Shown here: in pieces, positions 1-9,153 of the stretch | How the letters are laid out: each line of letters begins with the position of its first letter | Position numbering within the stretch: the stretch's first letter is position 1 | Source of the DNA: Helicobacteraceae bacterium | GTDB lineage: Bacteria > Campylobacterota > Campylobacteria > Campylobacterales > Helicobacteraceae | Length of the DNA stretch: 64,000 bases | Direction of reading: 5' to 3' | NCBI GenBank assembly: GCA_050874285.1 | Contig: JBNMKJ010000002.1 | Location: forward strand, 16,374 to 80,373 | The notes under the pieces: generated by a model | Seen by the model: only the letters and a program-made list of their open reading frames with translations | Database searches by the model: none | Told to the model about the DNA's origin: nothing | Translations under genes and position numbers: made by a program

Positions 1-872
1 AGGGCAAAGATTATGAGATTTTGGAATGCACCGATGAAGTTTTCGCCCAAAATGGCGTAGAAATCGCATTTTTCTCCGCAGGTGGAAGCGTGAGTGAGCG
101 ATTCGCTCCAAGCGCGGTTAAGGCAAATGCCGTAGTGATTGATAATACAAGCCATTTTAGAATGCAAGAGGGCGTCCCACTCGTTGTCCCTGAAGTCAAT
201 AGCGAGGATATTTTCACACACAATGGCATTATCGCAAATCCAAACTGCTCTACTATCCAAATGGTGCAGGTTTTAGCACCTTTGCATAAGGCTTTTGGCA
301 TTAAGCGCGTAGATGTAGCCACTTATCAAGCCGTCAGTGGCGCGGGTAAAAAGGGTATGGAGGCGTTATTGCGCGAGACAAAAGAGTGCTTGGAGGGCAA
401 AAGCGTGGGTAGCGAAAGTAGCGTTTTCCCTTACAGCATTGCGTTTAACCTATTTCCGCACATTGATATTTTCCTAGAAAATGACTACACAAAAGAGGAA
501 GTCAAAATGATAAAAGAAACGCAAAAGATAATGCACACCGACTTTGCAGTGAGTGCGACTTGCGTTAGAGTGCCTGTGTCGCGCTCTCATAGCGAGGCTG
601 TTAGCATTCATTTTGCGCGTGAAGTGAGCGCAGATGAGGCTCGTGCGGTGCTACAAAACGCAGAAAATGTCGTGGTGGTAGATGAACCTAAAAGCCACAA
701 ATATCCTATGCCAAGCATTGCGTCCAATACGGACAGCACTTTTGTGGGGCGGATTCGTAGTGATTGCTTTGATAAGAAAATATTGCATTTATTTTGCGTG
801 GCAGACCAGATTCGCGTGGGTGCGGCGACAAATGCCGTGCGAATCGCACAGAAATTGATTGCGGGGAAATAA
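1..872 (+). CDS. asd: aspartate-semialdehyde dehydrogenase (5' truncated by window edge)
   Basis: Motifs IIANPNCSTIQM, TYQAVSGAG, TCVRVPV, DQIRVGAATNA; frame is open to the window start. Confidence 0.97.
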   Translation, partial: GKDYEILECTDEVFAQNGVEIAFFSAGGSVSERFAPSAVKANAVVIDNTSHFRMQEGVPLVVPEVNSEDIFTHNGIIANPNCSTIQMVQVLAPLHKAFGIKRVDVATYQAVSGAGKKGMEALLRETKECLEGKSVGSESSVFPYSIAFNLFPHIDIFLENDYTKEEVKMIKETQKIMHTDFAVSATCVRVPVSRSHSEAVSIHFAREVSADEARAVLQNAENVVVVDEPKSHKYPMPSIASNTDSTFVGRIRSDCFDKKILHLFCVADQIRVGAATNAVRIAQKLIAGK

Positions 873-993
873 TTCAATGATTAAGATTTTAGGTGGGATT
901 ATAGCACGATTCGCACAAGATTCACAACTCTTTGACAAATCATCGCTATGATTCCGCCTACAAATTTCAACTCATAATTCAAAGGATAAAAAT

Positions 994-1605
994 ATGAAAA
1001 TTTTTAGCAGTATGGTAGTTTCGTTTGTCGCAGGTAGTGTGCTATTTGCGAGTGATTTTAGTCAGTATAGCAACGATGAGCTGGTGAATCTAGCTGGTAG
1101 TGTCGAGGATATTTCAGGCTATATCAGCGAGGTTGAAAATCGCGTCAGCAAGATGAGCGAAAAGGAAGTCATTGAGTTTAGAAATAAGCTAAATGTTAAA
1201 GAAAAACAAATTGTAATCGCTATGAATGATGATGAAAAAGCAAACTACAAAAAAGACATTCAAGAGGCTTTGCAAACCAAAGCTACAAGCTCACGAAGCG
1301 TCATCAAAGAGGGCGCAGACAGCTTGGAAACCAAAGGCGAGGAAATCATCAAAAAAGGCGCGGATAAGCTAGAAAAAGGCAAAAAATCTCTTAGCAAAGG
1401 TGCGTCAAAAGCAAAAAGCGCGACTGAAAAAGGCGTAGAAAAAGGCACAAAAGCCATAAAAGACGGCGCAAAGAAAGGCAAAAATGCCATTGAAAGTGGC
1501 GTAAAAAAGGGCAAAAACACCATTGAAAAAGGTATCGAAAAAGGCGCAGATGAAACCGTCAAAGCGATTCAAAAAGGCGTGGAGAAATTAGAATCTAGCA
1601 ATTAA
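994..1605 (+). CDS. secreted DUF1104-like protein with C-terminal 11-aa Lys/Gly-rich repeats
   Basis: Signal peptide, [15 protein letters not shown] start resembling Helicobacter DUF1104 proteins, then about 9 imperfect 11-mers (e.g. [22 protein letters not shown]). Confidence 0.55.
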   Translation: MKIFSSMVVSFVAGSVLFASDFSQYSNDELVNLAGSVEDISGYISEVENRVSKMSEKEVIEFRNKLNVKEKQIVIAMNDDEKANYKKDIQEALQTKATSSRSVIKEGADSLETKGEEIIKKGADKLEKGKKSLSKGASKAKSATEKGVEKGTKAIKDGAKKGKNAIESGVKKGKNTIEKGIEKGADETVKAIQKGVEKLESSN

Positions 1606-1630
1606 GATAATAATTTTATTAAGGAGTAAG

Positions 1631-2743
1631 ATGAAAAAAGCTTTAATCACAGGCATTACAGGACAAGATGGTGCGTATTTGGCTGAGCTATTGTTAGGGG
1701 GGGGGGACTATGAGGTGCACGGCATTAAAAGGCGCTCATCACTCTTTAATACTGACAGAATCGACCATTTGTATAAGGACTATCACGAGGAGGATTGTAA
1801 ATTATTTTTGCATTATGGGGATTTGACAGATTCGATGAATCTAACGCGCATTATCCAAGAAGTGCAACCTGATGAAATCTACAATCTAGCCGCGATGAGT
1901 CATGTGGCAGTAAGTTTTGAAACCCCTGAATACACCGCAAATGCAGATGGCATAGGCACACTGCGAATCTTAGAAGCGGTGCGACTACTAGGACTCACAC
2001 AGAAAACAAGAATCTATCAAGCCTCCACAAGCGAACTTTATGGACTTGTGCAAGGAATTCCGCAAAACGAAAAAACGCCTTTTTATCCGCGTAGCCCTTA
2101 TGCTTGTGCGAAACTTTATGCGTATTGGATAACGATAAATTACCGCGAGGCTTATGGTATGTTTGCGAGTAATGGCATTTTATTTAACCACGAGAGTCCC
2201 ATTCGTGGCGAAACCTTTGTAACGCGCAAAATCACAAGGGCTGCGGCAAAAATCGTGCTAGGATTGCAAGATAAACTCTATCTTGGTAATCTCTCAGCCA
2301 AAAGAGACTGGGGACACGCCAAAGATTATGTGAAAGCAATGCACCTTATCTTACAAGCACAAAAACCTGATGATTTCGTCATCGCCACAGGCATAACGAC
2401 AGAGGTAAGAGAATTTGTGCGCCTTGTCTTTGATGAACTTGGCATAGAGCTTGAATTCAAGGGCAAAGGCGTAGATGAAAAGGCTTTTGTGTCTGCTTGT
2501 AAGGGCGAATTTAAACTTCCACTTGGTAAAGAAGTCGTATGTGTGGATAGTGGGTATTTTCGTCCAACGGAGGTGGATTTACTCATCGGTGATGCGAGTA
2601 AAGCAAGGGAAAAACTAGGCTGGACGCTTGAATATGATTTGCATTCACTCATCAAGGATATGGTGCAAAGTGATTTACATTTGATGAAAAAAGACAAATA
2701 TATACAAGATGGCGGCTATAAAATTTTTAGGTATTTTGAATGA
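1631..2743 (+). CDS. gmd: GDP-mannose 4,6-dehydratase (in-frame G10 tract near 5' end)
   Basis: [69 protein letters not shown]. Confidence 0.97.
   Translation: MKKALITGITGQDGAYLAELLLGGGDYEVHGIKRRSSLFNTDRIDHLYKDYHEEDCKLFLHYGDLTDSMNLTRIIQEVQPDEIYNLAAMSHVAVSFETPEYTANADGIGTLRILEAVRLLGLTQKTRIYQASTSELYGLVQGIPQNEKTPFYPRSPYACAKLYAYWITINYREAYGMFASNGILFNHESPIRGETFVTRKITRAAAKIVLGLQDKLYLGNLSAKRDWGHAKDYVKAMHLILQAQKPDDFVIATGITTEVREFVRLVFDELGIELEFKGKGVDEKAFVSACKGEFKLPLGKEVVCVDSGYFRPTEVDLLIGDASKAREKLGWTLEYDLHSLIKDMVQSDLHLMKKDKYIQDGGYKIFRYFE
1697..1706 (+). repeat. G10 homopolymer, putative phase-variation tract in gmd (ON)
   Basis: ttgtta-GGGGGGGGGG-actat at codons 23-26. Confidence 0.85.
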
Positions 2744-3777
2744 AAAGATTACTTATCACAGGCTCTAGCGGAATGGTGGGGCGCAATGTCAAAGAACACC
2801 CAAAGGCACAAGATTATCTCGTGCTTTCCCCCACAAGCGCGGAGTTAGACTTACTAGATAAAAGCGCGGTTGATTCATACATAAAAACTCATAAGCCCGA
2901 TATTGTCGTGCATTGCGCGGGGTTAGTGGGAGGAATTGTCGCAAATATGAATAATCTCTCAAAATTTCTCACGCACAATGCATATATGGGGTTAAACCTC
3001 ATCAATTCCTGCCACCAAAATGGTGTGAAATATTTTCTAAATCTCGCAAGTTCGTGTATGTATCCGCACTCCGCGCCAAATCCGCTAAAAGAAGATATGA
3101 TTTTGCAAGGCGCGTTTGAGCCTACAAATGAGGGCTATGCTTTGGCAAAAGTGCTAGGCACTAGGCTTTGTGAATATATCAGTGGCGCGGATAAAAGTTG
3201 CCTTTATAAGACGCTAATCCCTTGCAATCTTTATGGTAAATATGACAAATTTGACACACATAGCGCACATATGATTCCCGCTGTGATTGCGCGAATCTAT
3301 AAGGCAAAGTTAGAAGGCGTGAGAAAAGTTCCTATTTGGGGCGATGGAGAGGCAAAGCGCGAATTTATGTATGCTGGGGATTTGGCGGAGTTCATATTTT
3401 ATGCAATCGCGCATTTTGGCGATTTGCCACAGAATCTAAATGTCGGCACGGGCATAGAATATAGCATCGATGAATATTACCGCGCAATCGCTAGTGTGGT
3501 AGGATTTAGCGGGGAATTTACCCACGATTTAAGCAAACCTGTAGGAATGAAACGAAAGGTTATTGATGATACGCGTTTAAAGGCTTTGGGTTGGAACGCA
3601 AAAACGCCTTTAGAGGAGGGCATAAGAAAGACTTATGAGTATTATCTAACTATAGCTGATTCCTTAGGGGGGGGGGAATCTCTATCTAGTTTTCAAGCTA
3701 GATTTAGCACTAACGCTACACGCACCACAATCGCTACAAATCTCGCCATTTGCGCAAGTCGCATAAAGGTGGCGTGA
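2740..3777 (+). CDS. fcl: GDP-L-fucose synthase family epimerase/reductase (ColC-like subgroup) with G-tract-dependent C-terminal tail
   Basis: [47 protein letters not shown]; catalytic Cys and His are present. Confidence 0.9.
   Translation: MKRLLITGSSGMVGRNVKEHPKAQDYLVLSPTSAELDLLDKSAVDSYIKTHKPDIVVHCAGLVGGIVANMNNLSKFLTHNAYMGLNLINSCHQNGVKYFLNLASSCMYPHSAPNPLKEDMILQGAFEPTNEGYALAKVLGTRLCEYISGADKSCLYKTLIPCNLYGKYDKFDTHSAHMIPAVIARIYKAKLEGVRKVPIWGDGEAKREFMYAGDLAEFIFYAIAHFGDLPQNLNVGTGIEYSIDEYYRAIASVVGFSGEFTHDLSKPVGMKRKVIDDTRLKALGWNAKTPLEEGIRKTYEYYLTIADSLGGGESLSSFQARFSTNATRTTIATNLAICASRIKVA
3667..3676 (+). repeat. G10 homopolymer in the 3' tail of fcl
   Basis: tcctta-GGGGGGGGGG-aatctc, located after the end of the catalytic domain (KTYEYYL). 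Confidence 0.85.
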
Positions 3778-4322
3778 TGATAGACTTTAATATCACACAA
3801 AGTGCCACACTACACGGCGTTTATATTATCACACCTAGCATAGCTACCGATAATCGTGGCAATATCTACACTTCATTTTTAAAAGACGAGATAGACAAAC
3901 TATTGCCAAATGGGCTATGTTTTAAACACGATAAATTTTCACACTCAATTCAAAATGTCTTGCGTGGAATCCACGGCGATACAAAGTCATATAAGTTTGT
4001 CTCGTGCGTATATGGTGAGATTTTGCAAGTCGTAGTAGATATGCGCGAAAATAGCCCTACTTATTTGCAATACGAGAAATTCTACATTAGCAAAGATTCC
4101 CAAAAATTTATTTTAATCCCACCAAATATGGGGAATGCGTATTTTGTCAAAAGTAAAGAGGTTATATATCATTACAAGTTGGCTTATGAGGGCGAGTATA
4201 TAGACGCGCCCGAGCAGTTTTCACTTGCCTATAATGATGAGCGAATCGGCATTGATTGGGAGCTAAATGGTATAGAGCCCATTCTTTCAAAGCGAGATTT
4301 AAAAAGTTTAAATAAAAATTAA
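3777..4322 (+). CDS. RmlC-like NDP-4-keto-6-deoxy-sugar 3,5-epimerase (resembles C. jejuni Cj1430-type epimerase)
   Basis: NVLRGIHGD, QVVVDMRENSPTY, YHYKLAYEGEYIDAPEQF, WELNGIEPILSKRD; start ATG overlaps the fcl stop (TGATG). Confidence 0.85.
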   Translation: MIDFNITQSATLHGVYIITPSIATDNRGNIYTSFLKDEIDKLLPNGLCFKHDKFSHSIQNVLRGIHGDTKSYKFVSCVYGEILQVVVDMRENSPTYLQYEKFYISKDSQKFILIPPNMGNAYFVKSKEVIYHYKLAYEGEYIDAPEQFSLAYNDERIGIDWELNGIEPILSKRDLKSLNKN

Positions 4323-4338
4323 CAAATAAGGAGTAAAA

Positions 4339-4743
4339 ATGAGAGAAATAAAAGAGGGCGATTTAGTGTTAGCAAGGCATATTAGCGAATCTGATTGCAA
4401 AGATGGATTAAACTTTTTTTCAAGTGATGATGAGTTTATCCAAGTGGGATTTTGGGGCTATAATGAGGGCAAAAAGCTCCTTGCACACATTCACAATGAA
4501 GTTGAGCGCAAGGTGTATTGGACACAAGAAGTGCTTTTTATCAAAAAAGGTAAAATCAAAGCGAGAATCTATGATACAAAAGAAAACTTTGTCGAGGAGT
4601 TTGAGGCAGTCGCAGGGGATATTTTAATAATGCTCCGCGGGGCGCACGGCTATGATATACTTGAAAATGACACACAAGTTTTGGAGGTAAAAAATGGACC
4701 TTATGTCGGCGCAGAGCGCGATAGAAAGAGGATAGAGCAATGA
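4339..4743 (+). CDS. cupin-fold protein of sugar-nucleotide clusters
   Basis: AHIHN...TQEVL...GAHGY...EVKNGPY His/Glu cupin pattern; Shine-Dalgarno aggag upstream. Confidence 0.6.
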   Translation: MREIKEGDLVLARHISESDCKDGLNFFSSDDEFIQVGFWGYNEGKKLLAHIHNEVERKVYWTQEVLFIKKGKIKARIYDTKENFVEEFEAVAGDILIMLRGAHGYDILENDTQVLEVKNGPYVGAERDRKRIEQ

Positions 4744-5298
4744 AACTTCATCTTGGTTGTTGGCATAGGAATATCCCTGATTTTATCAATGTGGATTTGT
4801 GCGATATGCCACATATCCATTATAAAAGCAATATAGATGATTTGTCTATGTTTAAAGATGAAAGTGCAGAGCTTATTTATAGCTCACATAGTTTTGAGTA
4901 TTTTGATAGATTTGAGGCTGTGAATGTCATAAAAGAGTGGCATAGAGTGCTTAAAAAAGGTGGCACTTTAAGACTTGCCGTGCCAGATTTTGATAAACTC
5001 ATTGAAGTGTATCATTTAAGTGGAGATTTAACTAAAATTTTAGGACCACTCTATGGCAGAATGAGTATTCAAAATGCTGTTGGGGGGGGGGCAGTCTATG
5101 ATATATCATAAAACGGTGTGGAATTTTAAGCTTTTAAGCGAATTTTTAGAACAAAACGGCTTTTGTGATGTGAGGCGATATGATTGGCGAGAAACAATAC
5201 ATAAAGACTATGATGACCATTCACAAGCCTATTATCCACATATGGATAAGGAAAATGGCATTTTAATTTCACTTAATGTGGAAGCAACAAAGATTTAA
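4740..5298 (+). pseudogene. class I SAM-dependent methyltransferase, phase-OFF (frameshift at G10)
   Basis: ORF 4740-5111 (KLHLGCW, SHSFEY, WHRVLKKGGTLRLAVPD) joins ORF 5074-5298 (YHKTVWNF...SLNVEATK) if the tract is G9, giving 185 aa. Confidence 0.85.
5082..5091 (+). repeat. G10 phase-variation tract in the methyltransferase (OFF)
   Basis: gctgtt-GGGGGGGGGG-cagtct. Confidence 0.9.
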
Positions 5299-5325
5299 AT
5301 AAAAATCAAAATATAAGGAAGTGTA

Positions 5326-6417
5326 ATGGAATTTATTATGCAAATGCGTCCTTGGTTTGGGAGTGAGGAAAAACAAGCATTGAGCGAGTATATGGACGAA
5401 GATGGCTTTTTGACCGAGTTTAAGCGCACGGCAAAATTTGAGGAAATGATAGCAAATTTCATAGGGGCAAAGCACTGCATAGTGGTAAATAATGGCACTA
5501 TTAGCCTTACTCTAGCTGCTCTAGCGGTAGGAATCAAGGCAGATGATGAAGTTATCGTGCCAAATTATACGATGATAGCTACGCCAAATTCAGTGAAGAT
5601 GTTTGGCGCAAAGCCTGTGTTTGTCGATGTGGAACGCGAAACTTTGTGTATGGATATACAAAAGGCAAAAGAGGCGATTACACCTAAAACAAAGGCTATA
5701 ATGTTGGTTAGTGCAAATGGGCGGTATCCAAAGGTAGGGATTGAAGCGTTTGTAAATCTTTGCAAAGAATACAATCTCGCACTGATAGAAGATTCCGCAC
5801 AATCACTTGGCTCATTTTATCCAAATGGTAAGCATATCGGTTCGGTGGGAATCGTGGGAAGTTTTTCTTTTTCAGCCCCTAAAATCATCTCTACAGGGCA
5901 AGGCGGTGCGCTTATAACTAATGATGATGATTTAGCGAGCAAGATTCGCAAACTTAAAGACTTTGGGCGAAGCGGTGGTGGTAATGACATACACGATAGT
6001 ATAGGCTATAATTTTAAATTCACAGAGCTTCAAGCCTGTGTGGGTATAGAGCAGATGAAAAAGTTAGAATCTCGCATAGCGCGTAAAAAAGAAATCTATC
6101 AAATTTATGAAAAGGGCTTACGCAATATAAATGGTATAGAGCTTTTTAAGCAGGATTTAACTTGCACGGTGCCGTGGTTTTATGATACACTTTGTGAGAG
6201 GCGTGATGAGCTACAAGAGTTTTTAAAACAAAATAATATCGGTTCGCGTGTAATGTATCCACCGATAAACAAGCAAGTAGCTTATCAGGTAAGTGGCGAG
6301 CATACAATTTCAAATTTAGTTGGGCAAAAAGGGCTTTGGTTACCATCAGCTACGCAGCTTAGCAATGAGGAAGTGCAATATATTTGCACTAAAATCGCGG
6401 AGTTTTATGGCAGATAG
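5326..6417 (+). CDS. DegT/DnrJ/EryC1/StrS PLP-dependent sugar aminotransferase (perosamine synthase-like)
   Basis: NNGTISL, DEVIVPNYT, LIEDSAQSLG, SFSAPKIISTGQGG with the Schiff-base Lys. Confidence 0.9.
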   Translation: MEFIMQMRPWFGSEEKQALSEYMDEDGFLTEFKRTAKFEEMIANFIGAKHCIVVNNGTISLTLAALAVGIKADDEVIVPNYTMIATPNSVKMFGAKPVFVDVERETLCMDIQKAKEAITPKTKAIMLVSANGRYPKVGIEAFVNLCKEYNLALIEDSAQSLGSFYPNGKHIGSVGIVGSFSFSAPKIISTGQGGALITNDDDLASKIRKLKDFGRSGGGNDIHDSIGYNFKFTELQACVGIEQMKKLESRIARKKEIYQIYEKGLRNINGIELFKQDLTCTVPWFYDTLCERRDELQEFLKQNNIGSRVMYPPINKQVAYQVSGEHTISNLVGQKGLWLPSATQLSNEEVQYICTKIAEFYGR

Positions 6418-6546
6418 TTTGTAATATAAAAAAGTGCAAGGTAATATAATTTTTGATAAAAAATTTCTAAAAAATATTGAATTATCTTATTTTTTTGGCT
6501 AGAATTTCGATTTTTAAATTTACAAATTTGTGATTTTAAAATTTTT

Positions 6547-6621
6547 GCGGGAATAGCTCAGTGGTAGAGCGCGACCTTGCCAAGGTCGAGGCCGCGGGTT
6601 CGAAACCCGTTTCCCGCTCCA
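6547..6621 (+). tRNA. tRNA-Gly(GCC)
   Basis: GCGGGAA/TTCCCGC acceptor stem, anticodon loop CT-T-GCC-AA, GGTTCGAA T-loop, encoded CCA. Confidence 0.97.
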
Positions 6622-6668
6622 AGAAATAAATCTTTATTAAATCATCATTTTTTTATACGCGAAATCAA

Positions 6669-6756
6669 GCTCGGGTGGTGGAATTGGTAGACACAAGGGA
6701 CTTAAAATCCCTCGGATATTGCTTCCGTGCCGGTTCAAGTCCGGCTTCGAGCACCA
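6669..6756 (+). tRNA. tRNA-Leu(TAA)
   Basis: GCTCGGG/TTCGAGC stem, AGGGA-CT-TAA-AA-TCCCT anticodon arm, long variable arm, CCA. Confidence 0.96.
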
Positions 6757-6765
6757 CGATTTTGT

Positions 6766-6840
6766 GGCGACATAGCCAAGTGGTAAGGCGTGGGCCTGCA
6801 AAGCCTTGATTCCCCAGTTCGAATCTGGGTGTCGCCTCCA
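6766..6840 (+). tRNA. tRNA-Cys(GCA)
   Basis: GGCGACA/TGTCGCC stem, CT-GCA-AA anticodon loop, CCA. Confidence 0.96.
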
Positions 6841-6864
6841 AAGATTTTATATTTAGCAAAAAAG

Positions 6865-6952
6865 CGGGAGATGGCTGAGTGGTTGAAAGCGGCGGTCTTG
6901 AAAACCGTTGAGGGTAACACCTCCGGGGGTTCGAATCCCTCTCTCCCGGCCA
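6865..6952 (+). tRNA. tRNA-Ser(TGA)
   Basis: CGGGAGA/TCTCCCG stem, GCGGT-CT-TGA-AA-ACCGT arm, long variable arm, CCA. Confidence 0.96.
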
Positions 6953-7061
6953 CGAAACTACAAAAATAAATCCACCCACATTAAAACCAAAATAAATTGT
7001 ATAATTTAGCAGTTTTTTGTGCTACAATTTCGGCACATTTATATAAAATTCACATAAAGGA

Positions 7062-7553
7062 ATGATAATGAAAAGGCTTATTTTAGGCATTTTGGTATTT
7101 TGTGGTTTGATAGTTTGCGCTGAGGCTGGGCGTTTGAGTGATAGAGAAACAAAAAAATACCAGCACTATATGAAAAGGTGGTCGATTCTAAAGAATGATA
7201 ATTTAGATTTTTATAATGGTTGCAAACAAGATGGCACTTTCAAGGGTTGTGAGGAACGCACAGAAATTGTGAAGCGTTTGATTTGGCTACAACACGCTGA
7301 TAAATACGGCAAACCTGCGGCAAATAAGATACTTACTGAAAAATGGGGCGAGTGGTTTGAGCTAAAATGGGGAACTGAGGGCAATGATAGAAATAATGTA
7401 TTTGTAGTGTTGGAGCAGGATTTGAAGTTAGAGGAGATTCGCCGTGGCAAAAATGCCGCTGCAAAAGCCCACTATAAGATTAACAAAGATGATATAAAAA
7501 CAAAAAACAAAAAGAAAAATGCGGATAAAAAGAGCACAAAAAACGCGCAATGA
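7062..7553 (+). CDS. hypothetical secreted protein, Trp-rich core and Lys-rich tail
   Basis: aagga Shine-Dalgarno, N-terminal signal peptide (MKRLILGILVFCGLIVCAEA), no recognised family. Confidence 0.65.
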   Translation: MIMKRLILGILVFCGLIVCAEAGRLSDRETKKYQHYMKRWSILKNDNLDFYNGCKQDGTFKGCEERTEIVKRLIWLQHADKYGKPAANKILTEKWGEWFELKWGTEGNDRNNVFVVLEQDLKLEEIRRGKNAAAKAHYKINKDDIKTKNKKKNADKKSTKNAQ

Positions 7554-7600
7554 TTTGCTCATAAAAGATTCGCGCGATTCGTCCCACAATGACAATTATG

Positions 7601-7618
7601 TTGGAATCCTTTTTGCTT
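7601..7618 (+). promoter_or_regulatory. sigma-54 (-24/-12) promoter upstream of the flgJ-like gene
   Basis: TTGGAATCCTTTTTGCTT = GG-N10-GC, about 40 nt upstream of a flagellar gene. Confidence 0.7.
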
Positions 7619-7658
7619 TGATTATTGCGAAAATAACGCCATTTTAAAGGATAAAGCA

Positions 7659-7961
7659 ATGCGAATCGATTCCACCACTGCGCTATATAACCCCGCCATT
7701 TTAAATAAGCCCATAAATTACATTAGCAAAGCCACTGATGACACGAAATTGCGTGAGCAAACAGACGCATTTGAGGCGTTAATATTAAAGTTTATGCTAG
7801 ATATTGCCATAAAATTCGACAATCCGCTTTATCCTAAAGAGGCTGGGAGCGCGATTTATGAATCTATGTATAAAGATAGCGTTGCAGACGCGCTTAGCGG
7901 GAGTTTTGGGTATAGCGAGTTGCTTTATAATTATCTCAAAGATTTGCAAAAAGAAGCCTAA
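7659..7961 (+). CDS. flgJ: flagellar rod-binding protein (single-domain FlgJ-like)
   Basis: KLREQTDAFEALILKFMLD...IYESMYKDSVADALSGSFGYSELLY rod-binding pattern. Confidence 0.8.
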   Translation: MRIDSTTALYNPAILNKPINYISKATDDTKLREQTDAFEALILKFMLDIAIKFDNPLYPKEAGSAIYESMYKDSVADALSGSFGYSELLYNYLKDLQKEA

Positions 7962-8995
7962 TGGAAAATCTCGATGAGGTTTTTAAGCAAATCATAAGCG
8001 AGTATAGCACTCACAGCACGGCTAAAGAGCGGGATTCCGCGCTAAAAATATTAGATGCTTTTATCAAGCAAATTGATTCCGCACAGTGCGAATATAATGA
8101 ATTGCAAAACACCTTTAATCTCGTGCTAGAGGCACTTCCTACGCCTATTTGGGTAATCAATAGCGATGGGAGCTTTTTTTACCACAATAGCGGGGCAAGG
8201 AAGATTCATAGCATTTTGGAGCTTTGTCCGCAGGATTTTAGCGAGTTTGAGGTGGCATTAGGCGATGAAAGCTACCTAATGCACAAAATCATCAAAAACG
8301 ACAAAATCATCATAACAGCCACAAATATCACAAACGAAAAGCAACGCGAGAGATTAGCGAATATGGGGCAGATTGCAGCGCATTTGGCGCACGAGATTCG
8401 CAATCCTGTGGGCGCAATCACGCTAATGATTTCAAGCCTATTAAATGAAAATTTGGAGCTAAAGGCGAAACTTTGCATTTTGCAGATGAAAAAGGCGATT
8501 TGGCAGGTGGAGCGACTGATAAAGGCGACTTTAATGCTAAGCAAGGGCATTCAATCCACGCGCACTAGGCATAAAAGTGAGATTATCCAAAATTGCATAG
8601 AGGACTGCTTAAGCTATTTTGACTATGCCAAAAAAATCGATTTTTCCTTTGACATAAGGGCTGAATGGATTGTCTGCGATGGCGAATTGCTAAATATTTT
8701 GCTCCAAAATCTCATCTCAAATGCGATTGATTGTATCGAGGAGAGCGAGAGCGCAACGCGTGGCGAAATCAAAGTCGCCTTTGAATGCGTGTGCGAAGTG
8801 CAGATTTTGCGCGTGTATGACAATGGCGAGGAAGCGCGTGAAGTGGAAAATCTCTTTACCGCCTTTAAAAGCACAAAGGCAAAGGGTAATGGACTAGGAC
8901 TAGCACTCTGCAAACAAATCGCAGAGGCGCACAACGGCGAGATTCTCTACCAAAAAGAGCCAAAATGCTTTGTGGTAAGGCTAGGGAAATCATAA
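7961..8995 (+). CDS. flgS: cytoplasmic sensor histidine kinase, FlgS-like
   Basis: H-box LAHEIRNPVG, N-box QNLISNAID, STKAKGNGLGL; no TM segments; follows flgJ as in Helicobacter. Confidence 0.8.
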   Translation: MENLDEVFKQIISEYSTHSTAKERDSALKILDAFIKQIDSAQCEYNELQNTFNLVLEALPTPIWVINSDGSFFYHNSGARKIHSILELCPQDFSEFEVALGDESYLMHKIIKNDKIIITATNITNEKQRERLANMGQIAAHLAHEIRNPVGAITLMISSLLNENLELKAKLCILQMKKAIWQVERLIKATLMLSKGIQSTRTRHKSEIIQNCIEDCLSYFDYAKKIDFSFDIRAEWIVCDGELLNILLQNLISNAIDCIEESESATRGEIKVAFECVCEVQILRVYDNGEEAREVENLFTAFKSTKAKGNGLGLALCKQIAEAHNGEILYQKEPKCFVVRLGKS

Positions 8996-9153
8996 AGTCA
9001 AAAATACAAATATTAAATGCGAATCGCACACATTAAAAAAGTAGCAAATTTTGCCACAAAGCTACTCAAAATAAGCATAAAAATATAAATTTTAACGAAT
9101 CTTAAAGCCCAAATGACTATATTTTCAGCATATTTTAAACCCAAAGGATAAAA

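Noticed and set aside
3667-4322. Slippage-generated Fcl-epimerase fusion
   Set aside because: The epimerase frame has a TAG just after the G tract, so no tract length gives a fusion
5326-6417. ColD 3-dehydratase (colitose pathway) to pair with the ColC-like reductase
   Set aside because: The active-site motif has Lys (SFSAPKII), as in true aminotransferases; ColD has His there
6547-7660. Prophage or genomic island at the tRNA cluster
   Set aside because: No integrase, no duplicated tRNA 3' end and no phage genes in the window
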